Source: Felis catus (Eukaryota). Taken from it: a DNA stretch of 64,000 nt. A program made the position numbers and the translations under genes. This document shows positions 50,520-62,894 of this stretch, in pieces. How positions within the stretch are numbered: the stretch's first letter is position 1; each line of letters starts with the position of its first letter. The notes under the pieces were generated by a model. That model was not told where the DNA came from. It ran no database searches and saw only the letters and a program-made list of their open reading frames with translations. The stretch lies in contig NC_058368.1 of assembly GCF_018350175.1 (NCBI RefSeq), forward strand, positions 134,418,001 to 134,482,000, written 5' to 3'.

Positions 50520-51390
50520 TTTAGGCGAAGTCTTCATCAGAAGGCTGAGCGAGTTCACACCCTTTCCTCTCCTCTCTCCCAGCAGGGTTTTTAGAACGCA
50601 GCAAATAGCAAGAAATGAATACAGTTTTCGCAATTATAATCGACGTCTCTTCTCTTCGGCATCCGACTGAGCAAACAACCTCTTTCAGGCCAGTCAAGTA
50701 CCATTTCAGAGAATCCTATCTGCATGGTGTTATCTGGACGGCGGGAGGCCGTGAGTCATAGACACAGGGCCAAGTATCCGACCTGAAATAGCCAAGTGTC
50801 TGAGAACGGGAGCCGTCTCCCAGGATGTGGGTCAGGTGTGAGGAGCCGCTAGGAGCCAGGACCATCCGGTCAACGTTTAGTCAAAGAACGAAGTCAGCAC
50901 CCCAGGCAGGCACACGGAGCTGTGGATGCGTGGAGACGCCGGTTGTCAAGAGAAGCGGTGTGCCGGCAACAGGGAGGCACAGATGCTGACGGACGAGGTG
51001 TTTTGGGCTGACAAAGGTCTGAGTAGACGGTCACGAATCAGGGGACCCGTGGTGGCCAGAAAAACACAACGAAGGCCACTGGAGAGCGGCTTGGCTTCCG
51101 TAGCGGAAGCCACCCCTCTGCAGCCAAAGGACTTTTATGTGCTGCTTCTGTTAAAGGAAGGAATAGCAGCCTTGTGTGGCTTGTGTAGAGCCTTCAGATG
51201 CAAACAAGCCAATTGGCCACTGATGCTGAATATGGCCTTGGGTGGGGAAACGCCTTCTTGAAAATATAAAGCGTGCATTCACGCACACTTTACTTAGAGT
51301 AGTTAATCAGGAATGGAATTATGGAGAAGCCTAAACACTCCCGTGCCATGAGTGGCTTTTGATATGGCCATATTTCTACAGGTGAGTAAA
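50520..51390. promoter_or_regulatory. Weak CpG-island-like candidate promoter/enhancer
   Basis: About 33 CpGs counted by eye in 50521-51120, non-repetitive; AP-1 site TGAGTCA 50752-50758; paired ETS cores 51092-51112; consensus splice donor at 51381/51382. Confidence 0.45.
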
Positions 51391-52764
51391 CCAAGACCCA
51401 GGTAAATGTGCCATGTGTGCACCAGTATTAGAGAAAGTGGTGCAAGATGTCCCGGACACAGCCTGTGCTGTCTGGACAACAGATAGGAGCAGCAGATCAA
51501 GTTCCTTAATTGGGCACAGGGATTACGATTTTGCAAGAGAGGTATGTCGGAGGTAGTTTGTGAGTGATATTGAGTGATAAAATAGTATCAATATTGATGA
51601 TGGCGATATGGTGATGATTATAAGGGTGGTAGTTTTAATTAGACGAAGGAGGAGGAAGAAAAGGAGACGTGCAGAATCTAACTTACATGTAATAGGCTGA
51701 ACAAGCTAGAATTCATCTTTGAGATAGGACTGCATGACTCCCTGGGGGCAGAGACCAGGCCTTTTTCCTGGCTTCGTGCCCAGCGTCTTGCCCCGTACCT
51801 GGCCCTGCCTAGACGTGCTATTAACATTATAGAAGAGAAAGCACCAGCGACCGTGACCCCTGACCATGCCAGGGATGGTATACAATCGGTATGAATTGTG
51901 TCCCCCTGGGTGGCAGAGTCTGTAGCATGGACTTGAGATACACTGTGGTTTGGCCCTGGTCCATTCTTACCTCACTCATTTGTTTGAGGCAAGCGGTTTT
52001 TGCCTCATTGATTTTCACTGCTCATCGGGTCCCATTAGCCTATTCATTAGTAACAGCTTCATTCGCTTCCCACATACTCTGTCTCCTGAACGACATTTCT
52101 TTGTGTCATTAGCAGGGACCACGATGGCGGTGCATCAGCGGAATGTGGCATTTCCAGCAGGGCCTGCTGGCTGGCAAGTACCACTCTGCCACACTGGTAC
52201 TCACAGGGAGGGGACAGCCATTTTAATTACAAAGGACTCAGAGCATTGGTTGTCAAACTGACATTAGAGTTCTAATCTCTTTCACTCATTCTCTCTCATG
52301 CGCAAACACACACGCACCCACACCTTGACTCGAGAATGCCTTTCTCTATCATGTCAGGTACTTCAGATTCCCTTTTCCAAATGTGAACCCGTTTTTGTGA
52401 CCCCAGACCTGGTCTTTCTCCAGATTCCATCTTCCCTCTGGAATCACTCTTGCCCCATCCACCAAACTTGAGGCCCAGAGTCATCTGTGACTCCTTGCTC
52501 TTTGCTCTTCCCTACATGTGACCAGACACCAGGATCCAATCAGGCTTCCAGAGTAACAGTGCTTGAGCCCTCCCCTTCTGTCCTTGGTCACTGCCACTGC
52601 TCCGGCACACCTGCCTCTTAGCTTTCACCTGGAACTCACCCCTGCAGCTTTTGTGGGCTTCAGACTTCTCCATCCTTCTGGCTCCTCCTCTCGGGGACCA
52701 TGAGGGTAGAGAGTGGAAAGGTTATGGGGGAGTACAGACTCCAGGCATGGGAGATAAATTCATG

Positions 52765-52990
52765 ATAGCAAACATTTATTGAGCACTTTCTAGGTGCCAG
52801 GCACCAGTCTTGACATGACCCCACTTAATCCTCACAAAAACCTAAAGGTGGATGCTGTTAATTATCTCCGCATTTAACAGGTAAGAGAGCCGATGCTAAG
52901 AAATTTAAGTGACGCATACAGTTCACATACTAGAAAGTGGCAGAACTGGGACTCAAGCCGGGCTTGCCTGCCTCTGAGATCCTTGTGATT
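52765..52990 (-). mobile_element. MIR SINE
   Basis: AACATTTATTGAGCACTT...GTGCCAGGCAC...TTAATCCTCACAA...AAGTGGCAGAACTGGGACTCAAGCC. Confidence 0.88.
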
Positions 52991-53029
52991 TTTGTGACAA
53001 CCTCCTACCTGTCTAGTTGCTCAAGAGCA

Positions 53030-53177
53030 GAACTTCTCGATCACCTGGAGGACTCATTAGAACACCCCCACAGTTTCTGATTCAGTACATCTGGGATGAG
53101 GCCAAGAGTTTGAGGATTTGCATTTCTAACAAGTTCCCAGGTGATGCTGATCCAGGGACCACACTTGGAGAACCATC
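53030..53177. mobile_element. MER5A-like hAT-Charlie DNA transposon
   Basis: ATCACCTGGAG...TTTCTGATTCAGTA...ATTTGCATTTCTAACAAGTTCCCAGGTGATGCTGAT...GGACCACACTTGGAGAACCA. Confidence 0.88.
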
Positions 53178-53214
53178 ATGGGAGGTGGCGTTTGTTTGGA
53201 GCCCTTTCTCCCTA

Positions 53215-53430
53215 GGCACAGCATGAGTGGATGGAAATTCAGATGTTCAGACTGGTTTCAAGTGGAGGATCCACCATTCACTAGCTCTGTGTCTCTGGGC
53301 CACACAATACAACCTCAGCGAACCTCCTTTGCCTTTTCTATAAAATGGGAATGTTTGAGGACTGGAAATCATGTGCATAAAGCTCTGAGCTCTGTCACTG
53401 GCACAGAGTAGAATTTAGTATGTTACAGCT
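53215..53430 (+). mobile_element. MIR SINE
   Basis: CACTAGCTCTGTGTCTCTGGGC...TCTATAAAATGGGAAT...CTGGCACAGAGTAG. Confidence 0.7.
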
Positions 53431-53467
53431 GTTTACAAGTATGACCCCTTTTAGTTTATTTCTGCCT

Positions 53468-53498
<31 letters not shown>

Positions 53499-55212
53499 TA
53501 GACACTTTGCACTTGATATTCCTTACATTTGGATGTTATTTTCCAGATTTTTGCATAGCTCACTCCTCACCACTGGAATTTCCACTAAGACAGAGCACCT
53601 CACAGAGGCTTGGTCCTAGAGGAGGGAGCCCCCAAGCATGTGGGTATTGTTTGTTTGGTGGGTAGATTTGTAAGTACTGATCCAGTTTTTGGAATGATCA
53701 GAGATCTATTCAGGTCCCTAGTCTATAAATAGTTTTCAGCTTTGGCTTTGAAGATAATTATTCATTTTCCTAAGTTGTCAAATGTATTGGCATACACAAA
53801 TTCACTGGTTATATTAACATATTTTTAGCTTCTAGCTATCAGTATTCTAGCCCTTTCACTTCTGACTTTTTCTTTAACAACTTCTCTTCTTTTTTATTGA
53901 TCATCCTTGCATAATTTGTCCCTGTAATTAGTCCTTAAAAACCCCATTATCTGGTATAATCTTTGTTTTCTATTTCTCTGGTTGATTTCATTCCTTTTTT
54001 TCCTTCTTTCCTTCTTCCTGCCACTTAAGTTGGATGCACAGATCTCTACTAGTGTTTTTCCATTTCTTTGACAAGCCTTTACAGCTGTAAATGTCCCTTG
54101 GATTTCACATATCTTCCTCTCCTGATGTTTCTCATATGTCTTTCAATATATCTGAGCTATTTGAGCAACCTAAATCTGCTGGAATTCAGGAGGGCCTCAA
54201 TTCAGACTGAGCAGAGGATTTTTCTCTGGTTTTGGCCAGGTGCCCAGGGCACTGACCGTCCTGGGTTAATTTCTCGGTTTAGGGTTTCCCAGCTCATGCA
54301 GGTGGTACACATTTAAAGCTCAAATCCACACAAGGGCAGAGCTGTGGTGATGAATTCTCGGGAGAGACCATTTTCTGCTTCCTTCTGGATTTAAAGCCAA
54401 GACAGAAGTTCTTTCGTCACCTCCTTCAGAAGGTAGGTGGAATGTTTCCTATCCCATCCTTTCAGTGAGTTGGTAGTACTTCAGTGGCCCTGAGTTTGTG
54501 CCGCTTTTCAGTTCCCTGGCTGCTCCTCCTACAGGCTCCTCAGTCTTTGTCTCCTCTACCTGGTGAAGCCATTGAAACGCCATATTGGTAGCCGGCCTCA
54601 GGGAGATTCAGTGCTGGTCTTACTCTAAATAATTGTTTGCTTTTTATATTTTGTGTCCAGGGGTTTTCCTTATGGCCTTGCTAGTTTGGCTATGCGTGCC
54701 CCAAAGGGGGGAAAATCTGTACTCTTTCTAGACTGTGTATGTGTGTTGAGGTTATAAAAAGAGGTTATTTTTAGACTCGTTTACCTCATCCCTGGAAATC
54801 AAGCTAACCTTCGTCACTCTTTAGTACATTACTGTCTTTTTTCTTCTCTGTAGTATTTGCCAATACCTGAATTTATCTTATTTATCTTACTTGAAGTTAA
54901 AGGTAAATAATTTGATTGCAAGTATTCTCTTTTATCTCCTGGTGTATTTGATAATCTAGAACAGCTGCTGACATAGAGTTAGAGCCAATAAGAATTTGTT
55001 GATTAACATTTAAATACATCATGGAATATTCATACACTGGGCTGTATCCTATGCAAAATTGTAAAATAAATATATGAAAGCATTAGTATAAAAGGTATCT
55101 GAAATATTAAGGTAGAAAAGTGGATTATAAACCACATGTATAATTTGAATCCCATTATAAACTACTTGTGTGTGTTCACTGTATGTGTGTGTGTTTAAAA
55201 CTATCTGGAAGG

Positions 55213-55213
55213 A

Positions 55214-55254
<41 letters not shown>
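55213..55254. repeat. Interrupted (AC)n microsatellite
   Basis: ACACAC-AT-(AC)17. Confidence 0.95.
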
Positions 55255-55257
<3 letters not shown>

Positions 55258-56302
55258 TTAACTGTTTCTTGCCGGTTAGTGGACTTTTATATAATTCCTT
55301 TTTCATCTTCGCGTTTTACACTGGCCACACAATTGTATTTTGTATAATCAAAGGAGGGGGAAAAACATGGTTACAGGTGTGAGGTATTTGTTAGTTTCAA
55401 GATGTCTATTCCAGGGGCAGCTCCGTTTTTGTCTTTGTCCTAAAGACTCAGCTTTCAGTAAGTGCATTTGTTTCTACTTTTCTTGAAAGCAAAAATGAGC
55501 CCCTCTCAGGCTGCTTCTATGCTATTCCTCCACTCAGTGTAAGGGTGTTTTCTTGAACCGTAATGTCTTTTAACTTATCACTGCACACATCACATTTGTG
55601 TAAGCATCTGCTGGTGCTCCAATTAAGTCTGTTCTAGATTTGAGATTTTATCAACTTTAGTTTTGTTACCTTGCTTTGTGGGAAGAAAAGATACCAAACT
55701 ATGTTGTACACTGACCTTGTGAGAGGGAAGGGACGTCATCGTCCCTTCTTCTCCTCTACACTACCATTTTGTCAGCATACATTTTGACTCTGGGTTAGGT
55801 GTCCTCTGTCTTTGTTCTAAGAACAGCCAAAAATACTGTGAATTAATCCTCTTCGTTCTCAGTTGCCTACAATTTACATCAATGATAAAATTGGGAGCTG
55901 AAGACATAAGGTAAGAATCAGTTTCTGCCCTTCAAGCCCACGGAGATGTTTAAAAATATCATAACGAATATGGTGTCATAAGTTTTATGTGTGAAACACT
56001 TCCAGAATTCAGAGAAAGTGCTTGTTGGGTGAATGAAGAGGAAGCAGTGATTTGCCTACTGTTTATTTTTCAGCCTTTTCCATCGCTCTTAACCACTTTT
56101 GCTCTAGCGACACTAACATGACACTGGCATCCACAAACGTTGGCCATGTTTTCTCTTTTTAATCCCTTCCCATCTACCTGGAATTCCCCTAGTTGTGTTT
56201 TCCAGGCAAATTGCTACTTATCCTTTACAATTTGGATCAGGCATCAACTCCTTCAAGAAAGTCTTCTTACTAGCTTATTCGCAGGCAGGTTGGCTGTACG
56301 TA

Positions 56303-56622
56303 TCCATTCATTCATTCATTCACTCAACAAGCATTTATTGAACACCTTCAGTGTACCAGTCACTGTGCTAGATCCAGAGGGACAATGGTGAAAAGAAAGG
56401 TTGCATCCTGTCCCCAGGGTTCTTAGCTCCTAATGAGTGAGATGGGCAGGAAAGCAAACAAACGTGCCAATGAGTAAAATAGAGACAGTTTATGATCATT
56501 GGTATGGTGAAAATAAGCCTGAGGTTCTGAGAGAACACCTGAGGTTGGAGATAGAGGAGGGAACAGTCATGCACGGAGCCAGGAGAGCATGTTCTGGGAA
56601 GGGATAAACATACATTAAGGCC
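56303..56622 (-). mobile_element. L2 3' end
   Basis: CATTCATTCATTCATTCACTCAACAAGCATTTATTGAACACC...CACTGTGCTAG, the canonical antisense L2 terminus. Confidence 0.85.
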
Positions 56623-56677
56623 TCTTCTTGCTCTTTGGGACAGGATGCAACCTTTCTTTTCACCATTGTCCCTCTGG
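56374..56677. repeat. Perfect 41-bp inverted repeat with 222-bp spacer
   Basis: CCAGAGGGACAATGGTGAAAAGAAAGGTTGCATCCTGTCCC (56374-56414) is the exact reverse complement of 56637-56677. Confidence 0.95.
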
Positions 56678-56739
56678 TACCCAGAACTTCTCTAGAGTTT
56701 AGTCTATATGTTCTGCTGTAGGTATCTGCTCAGAGGTCT

Positions 56740-56885
56740 CTCCTCTCAGACTGAACCCTGAGTTCCCTATGGAGAGAGAGGACGTCATTCACCTTTACCC
56801 ACTTTTGAGGGCTTGACACATTGTCATGCTCTGTACATGCTTGCATGAATGAAGAGTTAGGTGGATAAATGGATGGATGAAGTGA
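56740..56885 (+). mobile_element. L2 3' end (sense)
   Basis: AGACTGAACCCTGAGTTCC...CTTGACACAT...TGAATGAA...ATGGATGGATGAA. Confidence 0.55.
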
Positions 56886-57205
56886 GCGGCAAAGAAGGAA
56901 GGTGAAGATAGTTGAGTGGCCTTACAGATGAAGGAAAACATGTTTTCCTTTCAGAATGGATACCCTGAGGAAAGGTACCCCAGGCAGAGGCAAAGGAATT
57001 CACAAAGAAAGGGAATTTACATACATACTGAGTTGAGGGAACAATAAATACTTGTCTAGAGAAGAGGAAGACAAAGTGGGAGAAGAGGTAAAATTAAAGA
57101 TGGACGAGAAGGGAGGGCCCTATCAGGAATGACCCTGTGTTACTTTATGGCAGATAATGCTGAACCAACCAGGTACTGGAAAAGCGCATATATTACTTTG
57201 ATAAT

Positions 57206-57590
57206 TGTATTAAGTTGAAGTAACCCTAGCCGCTAAGCCCCCAACATCTTAGTAGCTTAAGAAAATTGAGGTTCTTTTCTGGCTGATGAAATCACTTCTT
57301 TTCTGGGAGTGATTCAGGGACCCATTCTCCTTTCCTCCTGTGGCCCCTCTAATCTGCACAAGTTCAGAATACTTTGCTCCCATGCAGCCAAAAGGGGAAG
57401 AGCAAGAACCAGAATGGCAGAGTCCTGGGGCCAGCCCTGAGCGAGGTCTGCGGCACCTCTATCCACACACGGTCTGTTGGCAAGAATTCGGTCACAGCAT
57501 CACACCTTGTTGCAAGGAAGACTAGGAAATCGAGTCTAGCCGTGTCCCCTGGAGAAAGGTTTGATGAATACTTAGCCAGTCTCTGTCACA
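57206..57590 (-). mobile_element. MaLR LTR (MLT1K/L-like)
   Basis: GTGATTCAGGGACCCA...TGTTGGCAAGAATTCGGTCACA...GCAAGGAAGACTAGGAAAT...TAGCCAGTCTCTGTCACA. Confidence 0.75.
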
Positions 57591-58849
57591 TTTGTCAGAG
57601 GCAAAATGGGCTTATCCTGGACACTCAGGTTAGGTGTAAAGTGAGGCTCTGGGCACGTGGCTGGCTCCCTAGCCACAATGACAATGACTCAAGCATTCAC
57701 TTTCTCCTCCTCAGCCTACCAGGTATGGGTGGTTTTTCCGCTTTCAAGAAATCGGCTCCTGTTTAACACACGGTTCCTTGCAGAGGATTTACGAATACTC
57801 AGTTTGATACTGTCGCTCATACACTGTGCCGCCTTTTTGTATATGAACACGGGTTCATTAATAACAGGGAACTGGAAGTAGAAATCTTGAAGTACTGGCA
57901 ATCCATATAATCCTTATTATAATAATATATAACAATACCAGTAATCCTTAAGTGTAAGGGCTTCTAACACATTTTCCCACTTAGGCAGAAATAAATATAT
58001 AAATCAGTTTTTCATCAAGTAATTCTGCGAGATATATGTATTCTGTTATTTTTAAATGACCTTAAACTATATTTAAGAGGAGCTGTTATTTCTATTAGGA
58101 GTCGGAGAGACAATACAAGAGAGAACAGGTGAAAATAAAATACTAGATGACGGTGCTCTTCCTTAGGCTCAGCCTTTCTCATTTGGAAACCAAGTTTTCA
58201 CTACATCATAATTTTGATCATCTCATGTTGTGCAATGCTACCCATTCATGCAATGGAATTTCATAACAGGGTAGAAAATGCTTCTCTTGATGGAGGTTCA
58301 TCTGAACCTTAGTGCCCATACTGCCTGTCTCCTTCACCATTCCTTCCACTGTGATCTCATCTTCTGCCTCCACCACAAAATAAAAGAAAGTAAATGGTTG
58401 AGGGGAAAGAATACATAAAATAAGACAATATGTTTTATTATTAGCATGTGGCTGTTGTGTCTCAAGGCCACCTTCAGTTCCCTTGTGAATATTCAGCTCT
58501 TTGACGGTAAACTCCTTCTGGGCAGGACTTTATCATCATAACCAATGTTGCAGGTGTTAAGTGTGGTTCTTGACTGGAACCCAGTGACACTGGAAAGCAG
58601 ATGATTGCTAAGCAGAAAGGAAAACATTTAAAGGTGATAGTCTGGTATGTATAAATTGGCATTGAAATCTCAACTTCAAAGGGTAAATCTCTAAACAATG
58701 AACTAGTTCTGAAAACTAGGATATTCTCTCTTTGAAACTGAAATTTCTTTTCCAGCATTATATACAGTTTGGACCTACTTTTAATAAAATGCATAAATGC
58801 ACAGTAGTTAAATGTCATTGTATGTAAGTATAGAGCAGTATTTAAAATC

Positions 58850-59070
58850 GGGGTGCTTGGGTGGCTCAGTTGGTTAAATGTCCGACCTCGGCTCAAATCA
58901 TGATCTCGCGGTCCAATGGTTCAAGCCCCGCATCGAGCTCTGTGCTGACAGCTCAGAGCCTGGAGCCTGTTTCAGATTCTGTGTCTCCCTCTCTCTCTCT
59001 GACCCTCCTCTGTTCATGCTCTGTCTGTCTGTCTCAAAAATAAATAAATGTTAAAAAAAAAAATTTTTTT
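58850..59070 (+). mobile_element. Can-SINE (felid type)
   Basis: GGGGTGCTTGGGTGGCTCAG head; TGCTGACAGCTCAGAGCCTGGAGCCTG; A tail. Confidence 0.95.
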
Positions 59071-59899
59071 AAATAACAGGTAAAAAAAATGTTAACAATG
59101 GTTTCATTTGGGTGTTGGGTTTAAGACCGGTTTGCATTGTTTATTTTTCAGTCATTTCAAGAGTGTTAATAATGAATATTTATTTTTGCAATCATAATAA
59201 AAAAGTAAATGTCATTTTAAAAAATAAGGAAAAATGAAGAAACACTCCAAGTTTGCTTCAGCTCTTTTTAGAACATGATCCTGATCTCTTTTTTCTGTAC
59301 TAGAAGTAGCACAAACTGAACCCAGCCAACAATGTGTCTACCCTCTAGACACATCTCTAACTTTTCTTTGGACCAACATACTTGCTTCCTCCTTGGAACT
59401 CCGACTCCCATATGCATCCTTCTGGAATTGGGATGTATATTCGAAGTTATATCAGTAAAATTTCATTTATTTGGCCCATTCTTAGGCTTAACTGGAATTT
59501 AGTAATTGGACAATTTTTTGATGGATTATTATAAATTCTAAAAGGCATTGATTGAACTTGGGAGAGCTTCTCTGCTGGGAGGTAGACATCTCCCCTGGGT
59601 CTGAAGGGGACAGGAATTGACCAAAGGGATCTGTCCATATTGCTTCCTGGGTCGTTGCTTGCGTAATTGGTTGCTTGTGACATTCACTGAGATACATTAC
59701 TCTGGAAGAAGAAGAGCTTTCATGTGGAATGTTGGGGTGGATTTCATAAGTCCAGGTTCATACCTAATGAGCTTGATATGTCTCTGGGAATTGAAGAAAG
59801 GATGTCAAGTAGACAGAGGATATATGAGCTGAAGTATCTAGCCTGGATCTACCAATTTGTACTTAATTTGCAAATGGGGACAATTTGAGCTTATTAACC

Positions 59900-60400
59900 T
59901 GGATGGAATCTAAGAAGAAATTAGTATTGAAAAATCGAGGAGTGACTAGTACTCAGCCCAGAGAACTTCCAGCATAGAATGGCATATTAGTAGAGAACTG
60001 AGCCTGCAAAGGAGGCAGAGAGAAGTGTCTCAAGAAGTAGGAGGAAAAGTCCAGAGAGTACTAGGTCTCAGGAGCCCAAAAAAGAAAATGTATCCAAGAG
60101 TATGTTGTGAAAAGTTCAAAAGCTGCTGAAAGGTTGGATAAGGATTAAAAAAAATACTTAGATCTAGAAACAAATGGTCATGAGTAAGCAGAACAAAAGA
60201 TGAAAAAAATACTGAGGTGGGTTGAAGAGAAATGGGAGGTGAAAATAGTGAAGTCCATGAAAATAGGCAGCTTTTTCTAGTACTCGGGCTGTGAAAATGG
60301 ATGAGAGAGTCAGAGAAGAGGTGACTAAAGATGAAACATCCAGTATGACTGTTTTTGGGGTTGTTTTGGTTTTTGTTGTTTTGCAAGGTTTTTTGTACTG
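59900..60400 (-). mobile_element. L2 fragment
   Basis: GAGCCTGCAAAGGAGGCAGAG, TCAAAAGCTGCTGAAAGGT, TTAGATCTAGAAACAAATGGTCAT, GTGGGTTGAAGAGAAATGGGAGGTGA. Confidence 0.7.
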
Positions 60401-62169
60401 TGAGAGAGTCTAGATAGTACCTTAAAAAACTACTCAATATTTGGAAAGGTATCACTGAATGGACTTTGAGTAACATGCTAAGATTCCCTTTTTATAACTT
60501 TTTATGACAGACAGTTCTCTAGAGACAGAGGATAACCTGGAGATTTTTTTCGCTGCCTGGAGTGAACAGGCCCCTGGTGTGATGCAGGTTTACAGACCTG
60601 TTGCACGTTAACCAGTATTGTATCTAATTCCTAAGTACTACCCTAATTAATATTTCTTTGTTTCTTTGAAATAGGTAACCCTTTGAGTGCTCTTTGGGCT
60701 GGGGTGAACATCTTTCAAGTCCTCCGTTAATTAATTGACGACTTAAGTAGAGGGACTGTGAGGTGTTTGTTTTAATGTATGCCTGAGAATCGTGATTCTT
60801 ACATTTTTGAAAATTACACTTGAATGACTGTGAGGCCAATTAAAAGAGGAGAACTGAGAACAGACAAGCACCAGCTTTATGAAGATGGAAGGGACATACT
60901 TAGAAAGACGTAGGCAGCGGAGCTACAGGAAGAAGAGTGAAGTATGTCCAAGAAGAGCTGAGAAAATCCAAGGCGATGTGTGAGCTTCCCAAACACAAAG
61001 CCATCATTACAAATTTAGGCTTTTAAGTTGGAAGCATACAGAATTTACATTATGCATTCATTAAGAAATGTTGGGCAATGCTTACTTGAACTGAATAAAG
61101 TAAAAAAGAGACTTTGCCTCAGAGCAAAAGCTGAGTAAATTTAGGTCCCTTCAGATACATTTGAGAATGGGGATCCAGAGACAATAGATGGGCTTAACTA
61201 GTAGTGTCTTAAAATTTCCGAATCGATACATTCATTTCTGAGCAGGGTTCAACATCATCATCATCAGAGCAGCTTGATAATTTTGGAGCTTCACCACCTC
61301 CTAATGACCCACGGCTAACGTAGGCCATGTTCCACACAGCCCAGGAGTGAAGGGGTCATTATGGGAAGAGAGCAGATGTGGTTAAAGGCAGCAGCACACC
61401 GTACCCCAAGCTCCCAAAATAAGCTTGCTTACATAACACGTAAAAACCTCCCAATTCCTCTCTCAGTTGTCTTGGCAGGACAGCTGATTTCCACCAAGAG
61501 GAAATACTCCATTATTCAAGATAAGGAGCTCCACTTGCTAACATTTCTGTCACTCCTCTAATGCTCTTTATGAATTTCCATCAGAAAGGGATTTTTTTTT
61601 TTTTGGCCCCTTTTGCTTTTCACATAAATGCCAGTTATGTGAATCAAACTGGTCAGTGAAGACAGAACTCACCGGCTCACCTGTTTTCCCACTGAGGCTC
61701 TGATTATCTTGTGAACGGCGCCTAAGAAGTCATTCTGACATTGCTTATTTGAACGGTGCTTTATTCGGCATTGCCCACCTCTTGCTGCGATCTTTAAATG
61801 TTGTAAATTCACTTGGACCAGGGATTTGGCTCTTCACACATTTTGCCTATTTTGGTGTTCCTTCAAGCAAAAAGCAAAATGAATGTTTTTTGATAACAAG
61901 AATCATGTTATCGATGAAGAAGACAAGGAGGTGCGAATACACTGGGGGAATGTTCTGTTACAGCCCACGGCAGGAGGACTGCTTGTCATCATGGCTAGTG
62001 ACATGACACAGATTGGAAGTAGCATCAGATACAATTGGTGGATTTTGGCTCTGTTAACACTAGAAGACAGGCTCTTCCTAATTCTAAACTTCCATGCATT
62101 GAAATGACTGGTTAGCCTAGAAACGTGGTTATAACGTTTGACTCATTTTTTAAAAGCAAGTACTTTCTT

Positions 62170-62391
62170 TTTTTTAAAAAAAATTTTTTTAACGTTTATT
62201 TATTTTTGAGACAGGTAGAGACAGCATGAACGGGGGAGGGTCAGAGAGAGAGGGAGACACAGAATCCCAAACAGGCTCCAGGCTCTGAGCTGTCAGCCCA
62301 GAGCCCGACGCGGGGCTTGAACTAACGGACCACGAGATCGTGACCTGAGCCGAAGTCGGACGCTTAACCGACTGAGCCACCCAGGCGCCCC
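62170..62391 (-). mobile_element. Young Can-SINE (SINEC_Fc-like)
   Basis: Near-consensus, CpGs retained (CCGACGCGGGG, CCGAAGTCGGACGCTTAACCG); perfect 17-bp TSD AAAGCAAGTACTTTCTT at 62153-62169 and 62392-62408. Confidence 0.97.
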
Positions 62392-62894
62392 AAAGCAAGT
62401 ACTTTCTTATTGGCTTCTCTCTTTCTCTGTATAAAATCCAGATTCCCTTAGCATACTTTATCGTTTGCTCTCATAATTCACAGTAAACATGAGGAAGTCA
62501 ACTGTTCTACATGTTGCTACCTAATACTAAGGAGAATAACCCTGGTGAACACCTCTTGCTGTAGCCAAAACCACATGCCCATTACCTGGTACCTAGAGAG
62601 CAGTGAGAGAGGAAGAAATGCATTAGTGGGGATGAGTATTCCTCCAAGGGTGTGCAAAACCACAGGCAGGAAACAGGGAGCCCAAACATTTCTATTTGCT
62701 GCAGAGGAAGTGGCTCACATCAGTCCATCATCTTTTCCCTGGCTGACCTCCAATTACCCTCTCTTCCTCGGGCCATCGCAGGAGGGGAGGGGCCACAGGG
62801 AAGGAAGGCCTAAGGAGATTGCTGGAGGGCTCATTTGCACAGGTCCCAAAGCCTCCTGGGTGATATTAACAATAACCATCATTTATGAATATTT

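Noticed and set aside
55167..55254. Facing (TG)n and (CA)n tracts able to fold back
   Set aside because: Low-complexity complementarity, common around microsatellites
7624..55823. Several STAT-type TTCNNNGAA sites (e.g. 7624, 10566, 48244, 55815)
   Set aside because: A motif with 6 fixed bases is expected about 16 or more times in 64 kb; no clear clustering
62340..62391. tRNA-like sequence with A/B boxes
   Set aside because: tRNA-derived head of a Can-SINE, not a tRNA gene
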